Origin: a virus
Lineage: Duplodnaviria; Caudoviricetes
IMG/VR virus record: IMGVR_UViG_3300000973_000003
Coordinates: 793-64,792 of that record
Reading direction: 5' to 3' (one strand)
Length of the DNA stretch: 64,000 nt
Shown here: in pieces, positions 29,909 to 39,578 of the stretch
How positions within the stretch are numbered: position 1 is the first letter of the stretch
How the letters are laid out: every line of letters starts with the position of its first letter
Translations under genes and position numbers: made by a program
Notes under the pieces: model-generated
Seen by the model: only the letters and a program-made list of their open reading frames with translations
What the model was told of the DNA's origin: nothing
Databases searched by the model: none

Positions 29909-31426
29909 TCACCATAGCCCCACATACTTTCCAGGGCTTGGCCTCCTACTGTTCCTCGTCTTGCCCCCTTTCGACCAGCCAGAACTCTTTGCCTTACCTA
30001 CGGCCACAGGTGCAGCCCCTCCTTCTCTGTGAGCGAAACAATCTATCGCATGAGCAAGAGCCATCGTCGTATCGTTATGCTTTCCGAGATCGACAATATC
30101 TCCGCCTTTCCAGACATGACACTCCAGCTCATCAAGTATCACATCAATGACTCGCCTCGTTTCGTGATCCCCATACGGGAACACCACCTTGCCCTGCTCG
30201 AACCAAACCCGAAGCCTGTTCAACAAAGCTTGCTTCAATGACTTGTTGCTAACCTTACTCGGCCTGTAATCAACCACCGCCCCTGTCTGTGAAATCAAAC
30301 TCTCGTAAAGTTGCTGAAAACCCGATGTTTCCGCAGAAAGCGTAGCATTCCCGTACATTTTGCACCATTCGACTAATTTCTCTGCTTGCTTCGTAGGTGG
30401 GAAATCGTTGCGCCTCCACACATTGATGACGTGCAAGTAGCCCTGCTCATCTTGTCGAACTACGATAGCCACCGAGTAATCCTGTCCTAATCCATGCGAA
30501 GGGTCGAACCCAACAACGTACCTGCCTCCATAATCCTTTGAGTATGACAAAGTAGCATCCATATCCAGATTCTTTCGAGTATGCGCTCTGGGGTAAGCAG
30601 CTGAATCATCATCCATGACTTTGCACAAATACTCTTGAGCAAAAGCTAAATCGCCCATAGCCCCTTTCTGTTCCATGATAAAAGCCAGGCTTCGTTGTTG
30701 AGGCCACAAGACCTGCGGTTTAATCTCCCCTGCGCTTGCTCGCCATTCATCCCAATTCGGTATTGCCGACCATGTTCCGCTTTTCCAAGCCTCATTCGAC
30801 AACATCTCCGTATGGTACAGATCGACTGCGCTCATTGGTGTCCCTACACAGTACAGGCTTGTCCCTGGACTCAACATAGGCGTGACGACCTTCTTCAGCC
30901 AAGCCCTTACCGAATCCATAGGAGTATCGCCCATGTCCGTAAGTACATCATCCAGAGCAATACAGGCTGGATGCTCACCACGCATAGCTGCGCCCATACC
31001 TGTTGCCTTGATCCAAGCTCCATTCGTCAATCTCAACTCGAACTTTCCTCCCCGTTTATCGTCAATGAACTTCCGCAATTCGGGGTGTCGGGTCAAATCC
31101 TCCCGAATCTCATTCAATCTGTTGCTGGCGGTGTCTTTCGATGCCGAGAACAACCAACAGGTGAACGGCTTATCCCTCCACTTAGCGAATAGTGCCTCAT
31201 GTAGCAGCTTGATTCTCAATGTCGTGGACTTGCTATGATCTCTGGGTGCGATAATGCAGACCCTATGCACTTGTGCATTCTTACGATCCGAATATAGCTC
31301 AAGCCATTCGTCTATGTGCTCGCCTCTATTGTACCCAAGCCATTCATAGAAATAGCCTACATCATGCCTTGAACGCTCAAGAGCAAAGCCTTTCATGCAC
31401 GAACTACGACGAATGCGATAAATCAA
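29909..31426 (-). CDS. terL: Terminase large subunit (alternative start ATG 31396)
   Basis: APRDHSKST Walker A, IALDD Walker B, FAQEYLC, and nuclease residues VGFDPS and HNDTTMA. Confidence 0.93.
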   Translation of the reverse strand: MIYRIRRSSCMKGFALERSRHDVGYFYEWLGYNRGEHIDEWLELYSDRKNAQVHRVCIIAPRDHSKSTTLRIKLLHEALFAKWRDKPFTCWLFSASKDTASNRLNEIREDLTRHPELRKFIDDKRGGKFELRLTNGAWIKATGMGAAMRGEHPACIALDDVLTDMGDTPMDSVRAWLKKVVTPMLSPGTSLYCVGTPMSAVDLYHTEMLSNEAWKSGTWSAIPNWDEWRASAGEIKPQVLWPQQRSLAFIMEQKGAMGDLAFAQEYLCKVMDDDSAAYPRAHTRKNLDMDATLSYSKDYGGRYVVGFDPSHGLGQDYSVAIVVRQDEQGYLHVINVWRRNDFPPTKQAEKLVEWCKMYGNATLSAETSGFQQLYESLISQTGAVVDYRPSKVSNKSLKQALLNRLRVWFEQGKVVFPYGDHETRRVIDVILDELECHVWKGGDIVDLGKHNDTTMALAHAIDCFAHREGGAAPVAVGKAKSSGWSKGGKTRNSRRPSPGKYVGLW

Positions 31427-31653
31427 GGTTCGCTCTCTTCTTCAGGCTCAATCATACGGCATTCAGCACCGCATCCAGAGCAAATAAGAATCGAAACCAT
31501 ACCTTCACCGTTCATGCCCCATTCATGTTTCATAAAATCGGATTGCCAAATTAGTTTCGAGCCACACCACCAACAATTAGCTTCTTTAATCTCATGTGAT
31601 ATTATTTCTGTTCCCGAACTGTTGTTTATTTCATGTACTACTTTGTCTGTCAT
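31423..31653 (-). CDS. Small Zn-ribbon protein
   Basis: CWWC...CSGC. Confidence 0.6.
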   Translation of the reverse strand: MTDKVVHEINNSSGTEIISHEIKEANCWWCGSKLIWQSDFMKHEWGMNGEGMVSILICSGCGAECRMIEPEEESEP

Positions 31654-31661
31654 ACTCTCAC

Positions 31662-31674
31662 TTCATATATCGCA
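31662..31674 (+). promoter_or_regulatory. Late-type promoter TTCATATATCGCA
   Basis: ATATAT ends 21 nt before ATG 31692; near-identical copies at 37418, 45556 and 16704. Confidence 0.65.
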
Positions 31675-31691
31675 GCGTCTTACAACTTAAC

Positions 31692-31901
31692 ATGGGAGAT
31701 GATGCCCTCGTACTGATCCTCAAAGATCATGGAGAACGACTCACCTCTATTGAAAGCGACGTGCATGATATACGCACAGGGATTGAGCAAATAAAGGAAT
31801 CCCCCATATTCCTTATAGAGCGTTATGTTCGTCGTAAAGTGGCTCAAACAGGAGGCGTTATTGGTCTTATTTTGCTCGCATTCATGGCTATAACTCAATA
31901 A
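31692..31901 (+). CDS. Small coiled-coil protein with C-terminal TM helix
   Basis: RLTSIESDVHDIRTGIEQI followed by GGVIGLILLAFMAI. Confidence 0.65.
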   Translation: MGDDALVLILKDHGERLTSIESDVHDIRTGIEQIKESPIFLIERYVRRKVAQTGGVIGLILLAFMAITQ

Positions 31902-31937
31902 ACACATTGAAGAATCGCACACCGCATCAACACAAAC

Positions 31938-33356
31938 ATGGGGATTCGGCAACGATTTGTTCAAGCGGTGACCAGGCGCAAACCGCAAGAAGCTCAAACT
32001 CCGATTCCTACTACCTCTGGCGTTGCCACTCCCCATACCCAACATTCATTTGCAGCTATCGCAGGGATTAGCGATATTGTCAAGGACACCAACAAGCTCC
32101 GAACCACCGCCAACTACGATAATGACTTTGACATATTCGATGCTATGGTTGAACTTGACCCCGAATTAAACGGTGCAGTCCGTAGTGTGTCCCTTACAGG
32201 CAACAATTATCTCATTGACTACAAGAAGGCGAAGAATAACCAAATCCGTTCAGCAGTCCGTGAGCTTGTCGAAGAACGCCTTGACTTTGATGACTTGCTC
32301 ATAGCAACTATGCGTGACCTCATGGTGTATGGCAACAGTATCAATAAACTCGTAGGTCGTGCAGGTGAAGGTATCACCAGGGTTCAGTCCCTCCCAATTA
32401 AGCAAATCACTATCACCGATGACAGAGAACCCCTTGAAGTAGGCTATTCTGGTGTTTATGCGACAGAAGCAAATCCAATCATGGAGGCTAAGTATTATCG
32501 TTTCCGTGAGCAACAGGTGGATATGCAAACATTCCCTGCTGATGAAATCCTACACTTTCGCCTTGATGCACGATCCAATTGGTATCAAGACTACTTAGGC
32601 CGTTGGACTTACGGTGTGTGGGGCGCATCCCGTTTTACTTCGCTCAAGCAAGCTATTCGAGCCAAGTATAACACCATTAACAACCGCATAGCCCTACAAG
32701 ACGCTCTTACCCGTCAATACATCAAGATCGGTAAAGAGGCTATTGAAGGCATCCCAGACCCCGAAGAAGCAAGAGAGCGACTTACGCATATTATGGATCA
32801 AGTCGGAGGACTCATGGAGAACCTTCGTGCAGACCAAATCCCCATTCTCCCTCACTACGTTGAAATGCACCATGTTGATATGAGCAATAGCATTCCCGAC
32901 GATACAAACTTCTTAGATTCTATCAACGCTGACATATCAGCCGTTCTCAATGTTCCGAGAGTAGCAGCAGGTCAAGAGCGAGGCTCAACCTTCGCAGCAA
33001 CCTACAATGCAAATATGTGGTCGGTCATGTCAATTGAACGCCTACAAACAATTGTAGCAGAGAAGATTCGTGATTTATTCTCCGACCACCTCGAACTCAT
33101 GGGTATTCCTCACAAGCTCTCCGACTTGCCCCCTCTTATGTTTGAGCCTGTGGACTCCGAATCGCCACTACACAAGATGCAAAGAGCCAAACTCGGTGTT
33201 GAGTCTGGTATTATCACAGTCAATGAAGGTCGTGAACTCAATGATATGCAACCACTATCTCAAGGAAATGAACTACAACCGCCAAAGAAAAGCGGTGTCA
33301 ATCCAGAGATGCCACGACCAGGAGAGGTAAGCCACAATGTTAAGCCGACTGCGTGA
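31938..33356 (+). CDS. Portal protein
   Basis: DLMVYGNS, DEILHFR, YGVWGAS, ISAVLNVP, ITVNEGRE; first large gene of the head module. Confidence 0.85.
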   Translation: MGIRQRFVQAVTRRKPQEAQTPIPTTSGVATPHTQHSFAAIAGISDIVKDTNKLRTTANYDNDFDIFDAMVELDPELNGAVRSVSLTGNNYLIDYKKAKNNQIRSAVRELVEERLDFDDLLIATMRDLMVYGNSINKLVGRAGEGITRVQSLPIKQITITDDREPLEVGYSGVYATEANPIMEAKYYRFREQQVDMQTFPADEILHFRLDARSNWYQDYLGRWTYGVWGASRFTSLKQAIRAKYNTINNRIALQDALTRQYIKIGKEAIEGIPDPEEARERLTHIMDQVGGLMENLRADQIPILPHYVEMHHVDMSNSIPDDTNFLDSINADISAVLNVPRVAAGQERGSTFAATYNANMWSVMSIERLQTIVAEKIRDLFSDHLELMGIPHKLSDLPPLMFEPVDSESPLHKMQRAKLGVESGIITVNEGRELNDMQPLSQGNELQPPKKSGVNPEMPRPGEVSHNVKPTA

Positions 33357-33517
33357 ATGGGTGAAAGAGAAATGGGATCAGATGAAACAGGCGTTCCTTC
33401 GACTTGCGCTCATTCTCCGACGTGCCTAAAGCGAGAAGTAAGAATCAGCAATATGTGTTTAACCTGTCAATTAAAACAAGCAAAGGATTGGGTTAAACCG
33501 TACTAAGGGGTGAAACA

Positions 33518-33952
33518 ATGAAGAAAAAAGAAAACTCGTTTAATGATCGCATGGTATCAAAGACTGTCTTACCTACAATTTACCTGTGGCTACTTGCCTC
33601 TGGTGCAGTCGTCGCTATGGGAATATGGAAGCCAGATGTAGTTCTTACCAACCTTGACGGCTTTATCGCACTTATCGCTATCATTAGCGGTGTAGCTGCA
33701 CCAGCATTAGCCACTATCCTTCGTATGTGGGAGTCCGAACAACAGATTGAGATTGACAACATAGGCGTTGGTCTTGAAAACGAGCGTGAACTTGACAAGA
33801 TTCGCAAAGATCATGTTATTGAAATGGAAAAGCAACAACTTACTCACGCTCATGAGATGAGCAAGTCTGCACAGGAACACCAGCATATTGTTGAAAAGCA
33901 TAAAGAAACAATCGTAAAGCTAACTCCGATACGAAAAATGGGTGAAGAGTGA
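33518..33952 (+). CDS. Membrane protein (two TM helices plus coiled coil)
   Basis: Two hydrophobic segments, then a charged helical tail. Confidence 0.7.
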   Translation: MKKKENSFNDRMVSKTVLPTIYLWLLASGAVVAMGIWKPDVVLTNLDGFIALIAIISGVAAPALATILRMWESEQQIEIDNIGVGLENERELDKIRKDHVIEMEKQQLTHAHEMSKSAQEHQHIVEKHKETIVKLTPIRKMGEE

Positions 33953-35427
33953 TTACAATGCCTGATCCAGAGGATGAACTCGTCGCAAGAGCAAAGGTAT
34001 TAGCAGAGGCAACAGGGAGGGACTTTGAAGATGTTATCGCTGATCTGGCTGATGATGGCATACTTAACAACTCGAATAAAGAAAACGATGCCGACCTCAT
34101 CACCCAACTCAAAGAAGCTGCGGAGTTAATGAGCGCAGTTCAAGAGATTAACAAAGAAGTGGCCGAGAACACAGTCCTTAACGGTGGAGACAACAAAACC
34201 GAAGTAAGCGTTGATACAACCCTCGAAGGAGACATTGTAGATCGTGCGATAGCAAGTGTCAATCGTAAAGTAGTGGAGCTGAAGAAAATAGCTTTGATTA
34301 TCGCACCTGTCTTTTTGCTTGTAAGTGGTGGCTCACTTGAAGCCCTGGGCGTTATCAATATGTTCGGTGCTGATGAAGACGAAGAAGATGAATGGGATGA
34401 GCCATACATAGAGTATTGGGGTTGCACCGATTGGGATGCAATCAACTACGACGAATACGCCAACATGGATGATGGCTCATGTGAGTATCACGTCTATGGA
34501 TGCACCAATGACGCTGCACCTAATTATGACGAAGCTGCTACAATAGATGATGGTTCATGCGAACCAGAGCCTCAACCTGTTTATGGTTGCATGGATAGTG
34601 AGGCAGAGAACTATGACCCCGAAGCCGAAGAGGATGATGGGTCATGCTACTATCCACCAGAGCCAATCGAAGGTTGCACCGACCCCGATGCTGACAACTA
34701 CAATGATGAGGCAGAGCAAGACGATGGATCATGCGAATATCCTCCCGAACCAAGTCCAGACGACTGTACCGTAAGCATTGAAAATCATTACAGAGGACAC
34801 TTCAACAATGATGCAAGCTCCGATGTTATGATTGTTGCATTCAAAGTAGTGCCGACTGACTGCGACGACTTTACCCTTGACGTATCAATCGAACTGTTTA
34901 AGCATGGTGAAGCACCGTCATACACCCAACATTACCAACTCGCAGGTGATACCGACCATGACATAAGCCATACCTTTGATGATATGCTCCCTGGCACATG
35001 GATTCCTAAGATTCGTGCAGGTCTTGATGGTGTGCAAAAAGCTGATGTGAACTTTTGGTCTTTGGATATTGAAGATCAGAACCCACCATGCGAAGGCGAA
35101 GCATCGTTTTACAACAGCTCATACGCCATAGACTACAACAACACAAACAACTCATCGTTAGCAAACCTAACATTGTATTGGGATGCTGATTGGTCTTGCG
35201 ACGAGATACGCTACGTTGAGATCGACATTTACATTGTATTCAACAATACCACTATTGCATACGACACAAGAGCATTCAACCTTAACGGACAATCCCCTGC
35301 TATTGCTAACCATACCTTTACCGACCTTGAAGTAGCAAGAGAATACGAAGTGTTCCTTGTTATCTGGGTTGATCGTGACGGATGGGGCGTTGATGCAGAA
35401 AACAAACAGACAATCCTTATTTCATGA
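33949..35427 (+). CDS. Membrane-anchored protein with four GC(T/M)D...DDGSC repeats and Ig-like C-terminal domains
   Basis: TM segment IALIIAPVFLLVSGG; repeats at about 34414-34740. Confidence 0.8.
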   Translation: MITMPDPEDELVARAKVLAEATGRDFEDVIADLADDGILNNSNKENDADLITQLKEAAELMSAVQEINKEVAENTVLNGGDNKTEVSVDTTLEGDIVDRAIASVNRKVVELKKIALIIAPVFLLVSGGSLEALGVINMFGADEDEEDEWDEPYIEYWGCTDWDAINYDEYANMDDGSCEYHVYGCTNDAAPNYDEAATIDDGSCEPEPQPVYGCMDSEAENYDPEAEEDDGSCYYPPEPIEGCTDPDADNYNDEAEQDDGSCEYPPEPSPDDCTVSIENHYRGHFNNDASSDVMIVAFKVVPTDCDDFTLDVSIELFKHGEAPSYTQHYQLAGDTDHDISHTFDDMLPGTWIPKIRAGLDGVQKADVNFWSLDIEDQNPPCEGEASFYNSSYAIDYNNTNNSSLANLTLYWDADWSCDEIRYVEIDIYIVFNNTTIAYDTRAFNLNGQSPAIANHTFTDLEVAREYEVFLVIWVDRDGWGVDAENKQTILIS

Positions 35428-35436
35428 GCTGATACT

Positions 35437-36528
35437 ATGCCCGAACCTACACCTAATGAGAGTCGTAAGTCCTTCATGAGCCGTTGCATGGCTGATGATA
35501 AAATGACAAACCAATATCCAGAGCGAGATCAGAGATATGCCGTATGCAATTCATACGCTGACAAATCAGCCGAGTATGCTCTTGACCCACGAAAGGGTGA
35601 TAGACCCCTTGAGGATATGGTCGGTTCGTCGGAGAAGATCGGTGCAGCTGACGGCAATTCTGGGACTGCCAATGACTCTGTGCAAACGAGCACCAGCTTC
35701 GACACAATTATTGAGGCATCCAAGCTTGGCACAGTTATTCTTGACTTTGAAACCGTTGAAGCCCTGCAGTATGGTCGGCCAGGCAAGAATGACCCTCGCA
35801 AGACTCCCGCTAAACCAAGTGAGCGTCGTAAGGGTTCTAAGAAAAACAAGCCAGGGTCTGCAAAGAAGCCCAATAAGAATATCAAGACAAGCGAAGGAAC
35901 AAGAGCAAAGATTCGAGAACTTATGCGAAAGCATAACGCCAAAGGAAAAGGCAGTAAGGCAACAATGGGTCGTCTTATGTCTGTCTTTAGACGAGGCACA
36001 GGTGCATTCTCACGATCTCACGCACCTAACATGAGTCGTAGCGGTTGGGGCATAGCAAGAGTCAAGGCATTCCTTTACCTCTTACGAAACGGCAGACCGT
36101 CGAATCCCAACTACAAACAGGACAATGACCTACTCCCCAGAGGACACCCACGCGCAAAGAAGGCATCCGAGGATGAACCGTTTGAACTTGACTTTGCATT
36201 TGAGGCTGCGGAGTATCAAGGTCGCAAGGTGACGCTCAACAAACCGTTCCGTATGCCTAAAGGCAACTCGAAGAAGTTCGGTGTTTATACGAAGAATGAG
36301 AAAGGCAACGTAGTTATCGTGCGCTTTGGCGACCCCAACATGGAAATCAAGCGTGACGATCCTAAGCGACGAAAAGCTTTCCGTGACCGTCATAACTGCG
36401 CTAACCCTGGTCCTAAATGGAAAGCCCGATATTGGTCGTGCTATCAATGGCGAGGTGGATCAAAGGTCGAAGGTAGCGAAGGCGAAAACATTGAAGAATC
36501 GTGGGAGGGGTGGATTTACTATGACTGA
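35437..36528 (+). CDS. Basic multi-module head-associated protein
   Basis: N-terminal PEP..NES...FMSRCM..D module, K/R-rich middle, and C-terminal KVTLNKPFR...RFGDPNM...ARYWSC module. Confidence 0.7.
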   Translation: MPEPTPNESRKSFMSRCMADDKMTNQYPERDQRYAVCNSYADKSAEYALDPRKGDRPLEDMVGSSEKIGAADGNSGTANDSVQTSTSFDTIIEASKLGTVILDFETVEALQYGRPGKNDPRKTPAKPSERRKGSKKNKPGSAKKPNKNIKTSEGTRAKIRELMRKHNAKGKGSKATMGRLMSVFRRGTGAFSRSHAPNMSRSGWGIARVKAFLYLLRNGRPSNPNYKQDNDLLPRGHPRAKKASEDEPFELDFAFEAAEYQGRKVTLNKPFRMPKGNSKKFGVYTKNEKGNVVIVRFGDPNMEIKRDDPKRRKAFRDRHNCANPGPKWKARYWSCYQWRGGSKVEGSEGENIEESWEGWIYYD

Positions 36529-37954
36529 CTGCGGTTGCGGTGGAGAATGCGGTGATACTGTCGAAGCTGCACAAGCTGATGTATTCAAGACACCTCAAGA
36601 AGCTATGAAGCGAGCAAGAGAACTTGGTTGCGAATCAGTTCATACTCACCAACATGAAGGCGAAACCCTGTTCATGCCCTGCTCTGGAATGAAAGAGTAT
36701 GAGGAAAAGACACAGGAAAAAGAAGCCTACATCAAAGAAGAGGACATTGAAGGAATGTACGAGGATGAAGAAGAAGAGGAAAAGACCGCTTCTTGTGATG
36801 ATGAATGCCCTCCAGGGTTTGAAGCAATCGCTGGCGAATGTGTAGCCGTGACCTGTGAGCTTGACATTGATGACGTTAGCGTGATCGTCGAAGCCTCAAC
36901 AGGAATGTCTGTCATTCGTATGTCTGGTGTGGCTTTTACCTCTGGCTACAATAAGAACGGCTGGCAAATCACAAAAGCAGGTGCTAAGGAACTCAAAGAC
37001 AAAATGATAGGGGCTGACATTACTCTCAATCACCCACATACTAAGGGTGGCCGTTTTACTCGAAACATGACAGGCGGTGTTGATGAAGCAGTCGTCGGGA
37101 TCATAACAGAGGCCAAGTATGAGGATGATGAAGAAGGCTACAAGGTTCGCTTCACAGGCGAAGTGTATCGTGAAGAATTATTCTCGGCTCTTGAGTCTGG
37201 ACTATGGCTTCGTGCTGGCTACGGTGTTTCAATCGGAGGCACAGGCATTCCTATCGCAACCGAAGAGGATGAGAAGGGTCGCATGAAGATGACATTTGAA
37301 TCCGACTTTGACTTCGACCACTTGGCTATCGTGCATAAACCAGCGTATAGCGAGGCTAAAATTGAATCAGCAGAGCGTGTTGAGCTTGAAATTGAGGCAT
37401 CAGCAGAAACCTCACCATTGATATATCGCAAGGGTGATAGCAAGAATCAACACAACCCAAAGGAGATACAAACAATGTCCGAAGAAGAACTCACAATTTC
37501 CGCCAGCGAAGATGAAAGTCTGGCCTTGAAAGAAGCACTTGTCTTGGCTGAAGCTAAGATCGCTGCATTTGAAAAGGCTGAATCCGAAGCAAAAGAAGCA
37601 AGCCGTCTTGAGCTTGTCTCGAAAGCAACTGACATGGGCTTGTCTGGCGTTGATGAGTTCTCAAGTGAAATGCTTGAGCGTGTTATCGCAAGTTGGGAAG
37701 CATCCCGACCTGCACCAAAAGAAATGATCCCTGCTACGCCAGCTGCTCAAGAAGCGGTTGTTGAAGCAACCGAAGCTCCAGAGAAAGAAGTTGTTGCTAA
37801 CTTCTTGAATGGAACTCGCATCGAATCCGACAAGGAGATTTACGGCAAAGCATGGAACGCATGGGCCTCTGCTTGGAACGGCAACCTTTCAACTGTTGAT
37901 CGCAGCAACGGACTCGCTGCACCAATGTTTGATGATATTAAGGAGATGATTTGA
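36521..37954 (+). CDS. Prohead maturation protease fused to scaffold
   Basis: ITLNHPH (His), GVSIGG (Ser), FDHLAIVHKPAY; C-terminal coiled-coil/Ala-Glu region; SD before ATG 36521. Confidence 0.8.
   Translation: MTDCGCGGECGDTVEAAQADVFKTPQEAMKRARELGCESVHTHQHEGETLFMPCSGMKEYEEKTQEKEAYIKEEDIEGMYEDEEEEEKTASCDDECPPGFEAIAGECVAVTCELDIDDVSVIVEASTGMSVIRMSGVAFTSGYNKNGWQITKAGAKELKDKMIGADITLNHPHTKGGRFTRNMTGGVDEAVVGIITEAKYEDDEEGYKVRFTGEVYREELFSALESGLWLRAGYGVSIGGTGIPIATEEDEKGRMKMTFESDFDFDHLAIVHKPAYSEAKIESAERVELEIEASAETSPLIYRKGDSKNQHNPKEIQTMSEEELTISASEDESLALKEALVLAEAKIAAFEKAESEAKEASRLELVSKATDMGLSGVDEFSSEMLERVIASWEASRPAPKEMIPATPAAQEAVVEATEAPEKEVVANFLNGTRIESDKEIYGKAWNAWASAWNGNLSTVDRSNGLAAPMFDDIKEMI
37475..37954 (+). 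CDS. In-frame nested scaffold protein (internal start MSEEEL)
   Basis: AGGAG SD at 37461-37465 and late promoter TTGATATATCGCA at 37418-37430. Confidence 0.6.
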   Translation: MSEEELTISASEDESLALKEALVLAEAKIAAFEKAESEAKEASRLELVSKATDMGLSGVDEFSSEMLERVIASWEASRPAPKEMIPATPAAQEAVVEATEAPEKEVVANFLNGTRIESDKEIYGKAWNAWASAWNGNLSTVDRSNGLAAPMFDDIKEMI

Positions 37955-37955
37955 A

Positions 37956-38363
37956 ATGGCTGATTTCCCAAGCAACCTACGAAGTATGACTGTCAAAGAC
38001 GGAGTTCTGCCGAAAGCGGGACACCTTCTCAACTACGATGCAACCTCTGGTGCTGGAACTGTGGACTTGACCGCAGCAACCGACGCTTGTTTCTTTGTTG
38101 CACTTGATGAATCCTCCAGAGGAGCTGACAACGCCCTCGAAACCACAGGCGCAACCGTGACCGCTTGCCCTGTCGGTGGAATGATGTATGTTCGTATCAA
38201 CGCTGGTGAAGTTCTTGTCGCTGGACAAGTCCTTTACGTTGGCGCAAATGGAGAAGCAACCAAAACTGCTGGCTCAAACAAAATCCTCGGACACTACTTG
38301 GGATCAGCACTTACCTCTGTCGCTGGCGACTTGTATGCCGTGAACACAAAACAAACCAACTGA
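37956..38363 (+). CDS. Capsid decoration/cement protein
   Basis: 135 aa, Gly/Ala beta-rich (AGQVLYVGANGEAT); immediately upstream of the MCP. Confidence 0.65.
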   Translation: MADFPSNLRSMTVKDGVLPKAGHLLNYDATSGAGTVDLTAATDACFFVALDESSRGADNALETTGATVTACPVGGMMYVRINAGEVLVAGQVLYVGANGEATKTAGSNKILGHYLGSALTSVAGDLYAVNTKQTN

Positions 38364-38370
38364 TTAGGAG

Positions 38371-39309
38371 ATGAATAATATGGCTACAATGAACCTTAAC
38401 CAAATACTCGGACAAAACCTTCAAGCTGACGCTGCGACCACCCCAAGCGATGGTCCTTTCAGCAAGCAAGACTCTGTTCTTCAACAAACTCTTCGAGACT
38501 TTATCCAACTTCAATCCACTACGATTGCAGTCGGAACAAAGGTCGTCGGTCTTCGCACAGTACCCTGGATGACCTACAAGTGGTACACAGGAGCACAAGG
38601 CAGCTTTACTTTCCCTCTGGATGATAACGCAGTCGTCGATCCAACTAACATCGGAACGGCCAACTACACCGTATCTCTTGAGAAGGGTCAAGGTCGAACT
38701 GTTTTCCTTGACTCGGTTCGCCTTCGTGGAGAACGCTTCGAGACAATGGATCGCCAGCAACTCGCAATCGTGACTGCAAGAGCTTCAACCATTGACAACC
38801 ACATTCTTACGCAACTTTACGCTGGAGCAGGTCAAACCCAAGCCGTGACAAACAACGCATGGACTAACACCACCAACGACGCAGAGCACGATGTTCTTTT
38901 GACAATGGATAAAATCTTCGCCAACGCAAGGGTGACAGGAGATGAAGGACTTGCTCTTATCCTACCTACAACTTGCCGAAGCACTTTGTTGAACACCTCT
39001 CTTTACGGAAACGTCATCGAATCTCTTGAGACTCATCTGGGTCGAATCGCAAACTTGACGATTCTTTACACCAGAGACACCGCAGCTATGGGCAACAACG
39101 ATGCAATTATGCTCATCCCTGGCGCACAGACCGCAGAGTTCTTCCAATACAACGGACCAGGCTACATGGAAACCGAGATCACTCGAATTGAAGGTGTCGG
39201 CTACTCCTACTTGCTAACCTCTTACATGGGAACTGTCGTTCACCAACACCAAGACGGTGCTGCATCTGGTAAGTCAAACCGAATCGCTAAGATCACAGGC
39301 GTAATTTGA
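38371..39309 (+). CDS. Major capsid protein (HK97 fold)
   Basis: 312 aa, downstream of protease/scaffold; ASTIDNHILTQL and ALILP patterns; followed by a stem-loop. Confidence 0.85.
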   Translation: MNNMATMNLNQILGQNLQADAATTPSDGPFSKQDSVLQQTLRDFIQLQSTTIAVGTKVVGLRTVPWMTYKWYTGAQGSFTFPLDDNAVVDPTNIGTANYTVSLEKGQGRTVFLDSVRLRGERFETMDRQQLAIVTARASTIDNHILTQLYAGAGQTQAVTNNAWTNTTNDAEHDVLLTMDKIFANARVTGDEGLALILPTTCRSTLLNTSLYGNVIESLETHLGRIANLTILYTRDTAAMGNNDAIMLIPGAQTAEFFQYNGPGYMETEITRIEGVGYSYLLTSYMGTVVHQHQDGAASGKSNRIAKITGVI

Positions 39310-39328
39310 TTCTGGGGTGACCCAGAAT
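39309..39328 (+). promoter_or_regulatory. Stem-loop ATTCTGGG-GTGA-CCCAGAAT covering the SD and start of the next gene
   Basis: Perfect 8-bp stem with a GNRA tetraloop directly after the MCP stop. Confidence 0.6.
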
Positions 39329-39578
39329 GGTACGCAGGGCTGATTTGCTTAACAAGACAAAGCGAGGGAGAATCCTTCGTGCTGAAACTGTTGTTGCTGA
39401 ACTTGTTGAAGCTGCACCAGAAGTCGTGGATCAAGCCATTGACCTTGACACACTTACATTCAATGAGCTTCGTGCTCTCTGCAAAGAGCGTGGTCTTGAT
39501 GCAAAGGGCAAGAAGGCAGAATTGATAGCCAAGTTAAGTGATAGTGGAGATGGCGAAAATGACGAGGAAAGCGAGTAA
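39327..39578 (+). CDS. SAP/HeH-domain small protein
   Basis: LDTLTFNELRALCKERGLDAKGKKAELIAKL. Confidence 0.75.
   Translation: MVRRADLLNKTKRGRILRAETVVAELVEAAPEVVDQAIDLDTLTFNELRALCKERGLDAKGKKAELIAKLSDSGDGENDEESE

Noticed and set aside
36326-36520. Extended N-terminus of the protease ORF given by the ORF track
   Set aside because: It overlaps the conserved C-terminal module of the upstream gene; ATG 36521 has an SD and a typical overlap.
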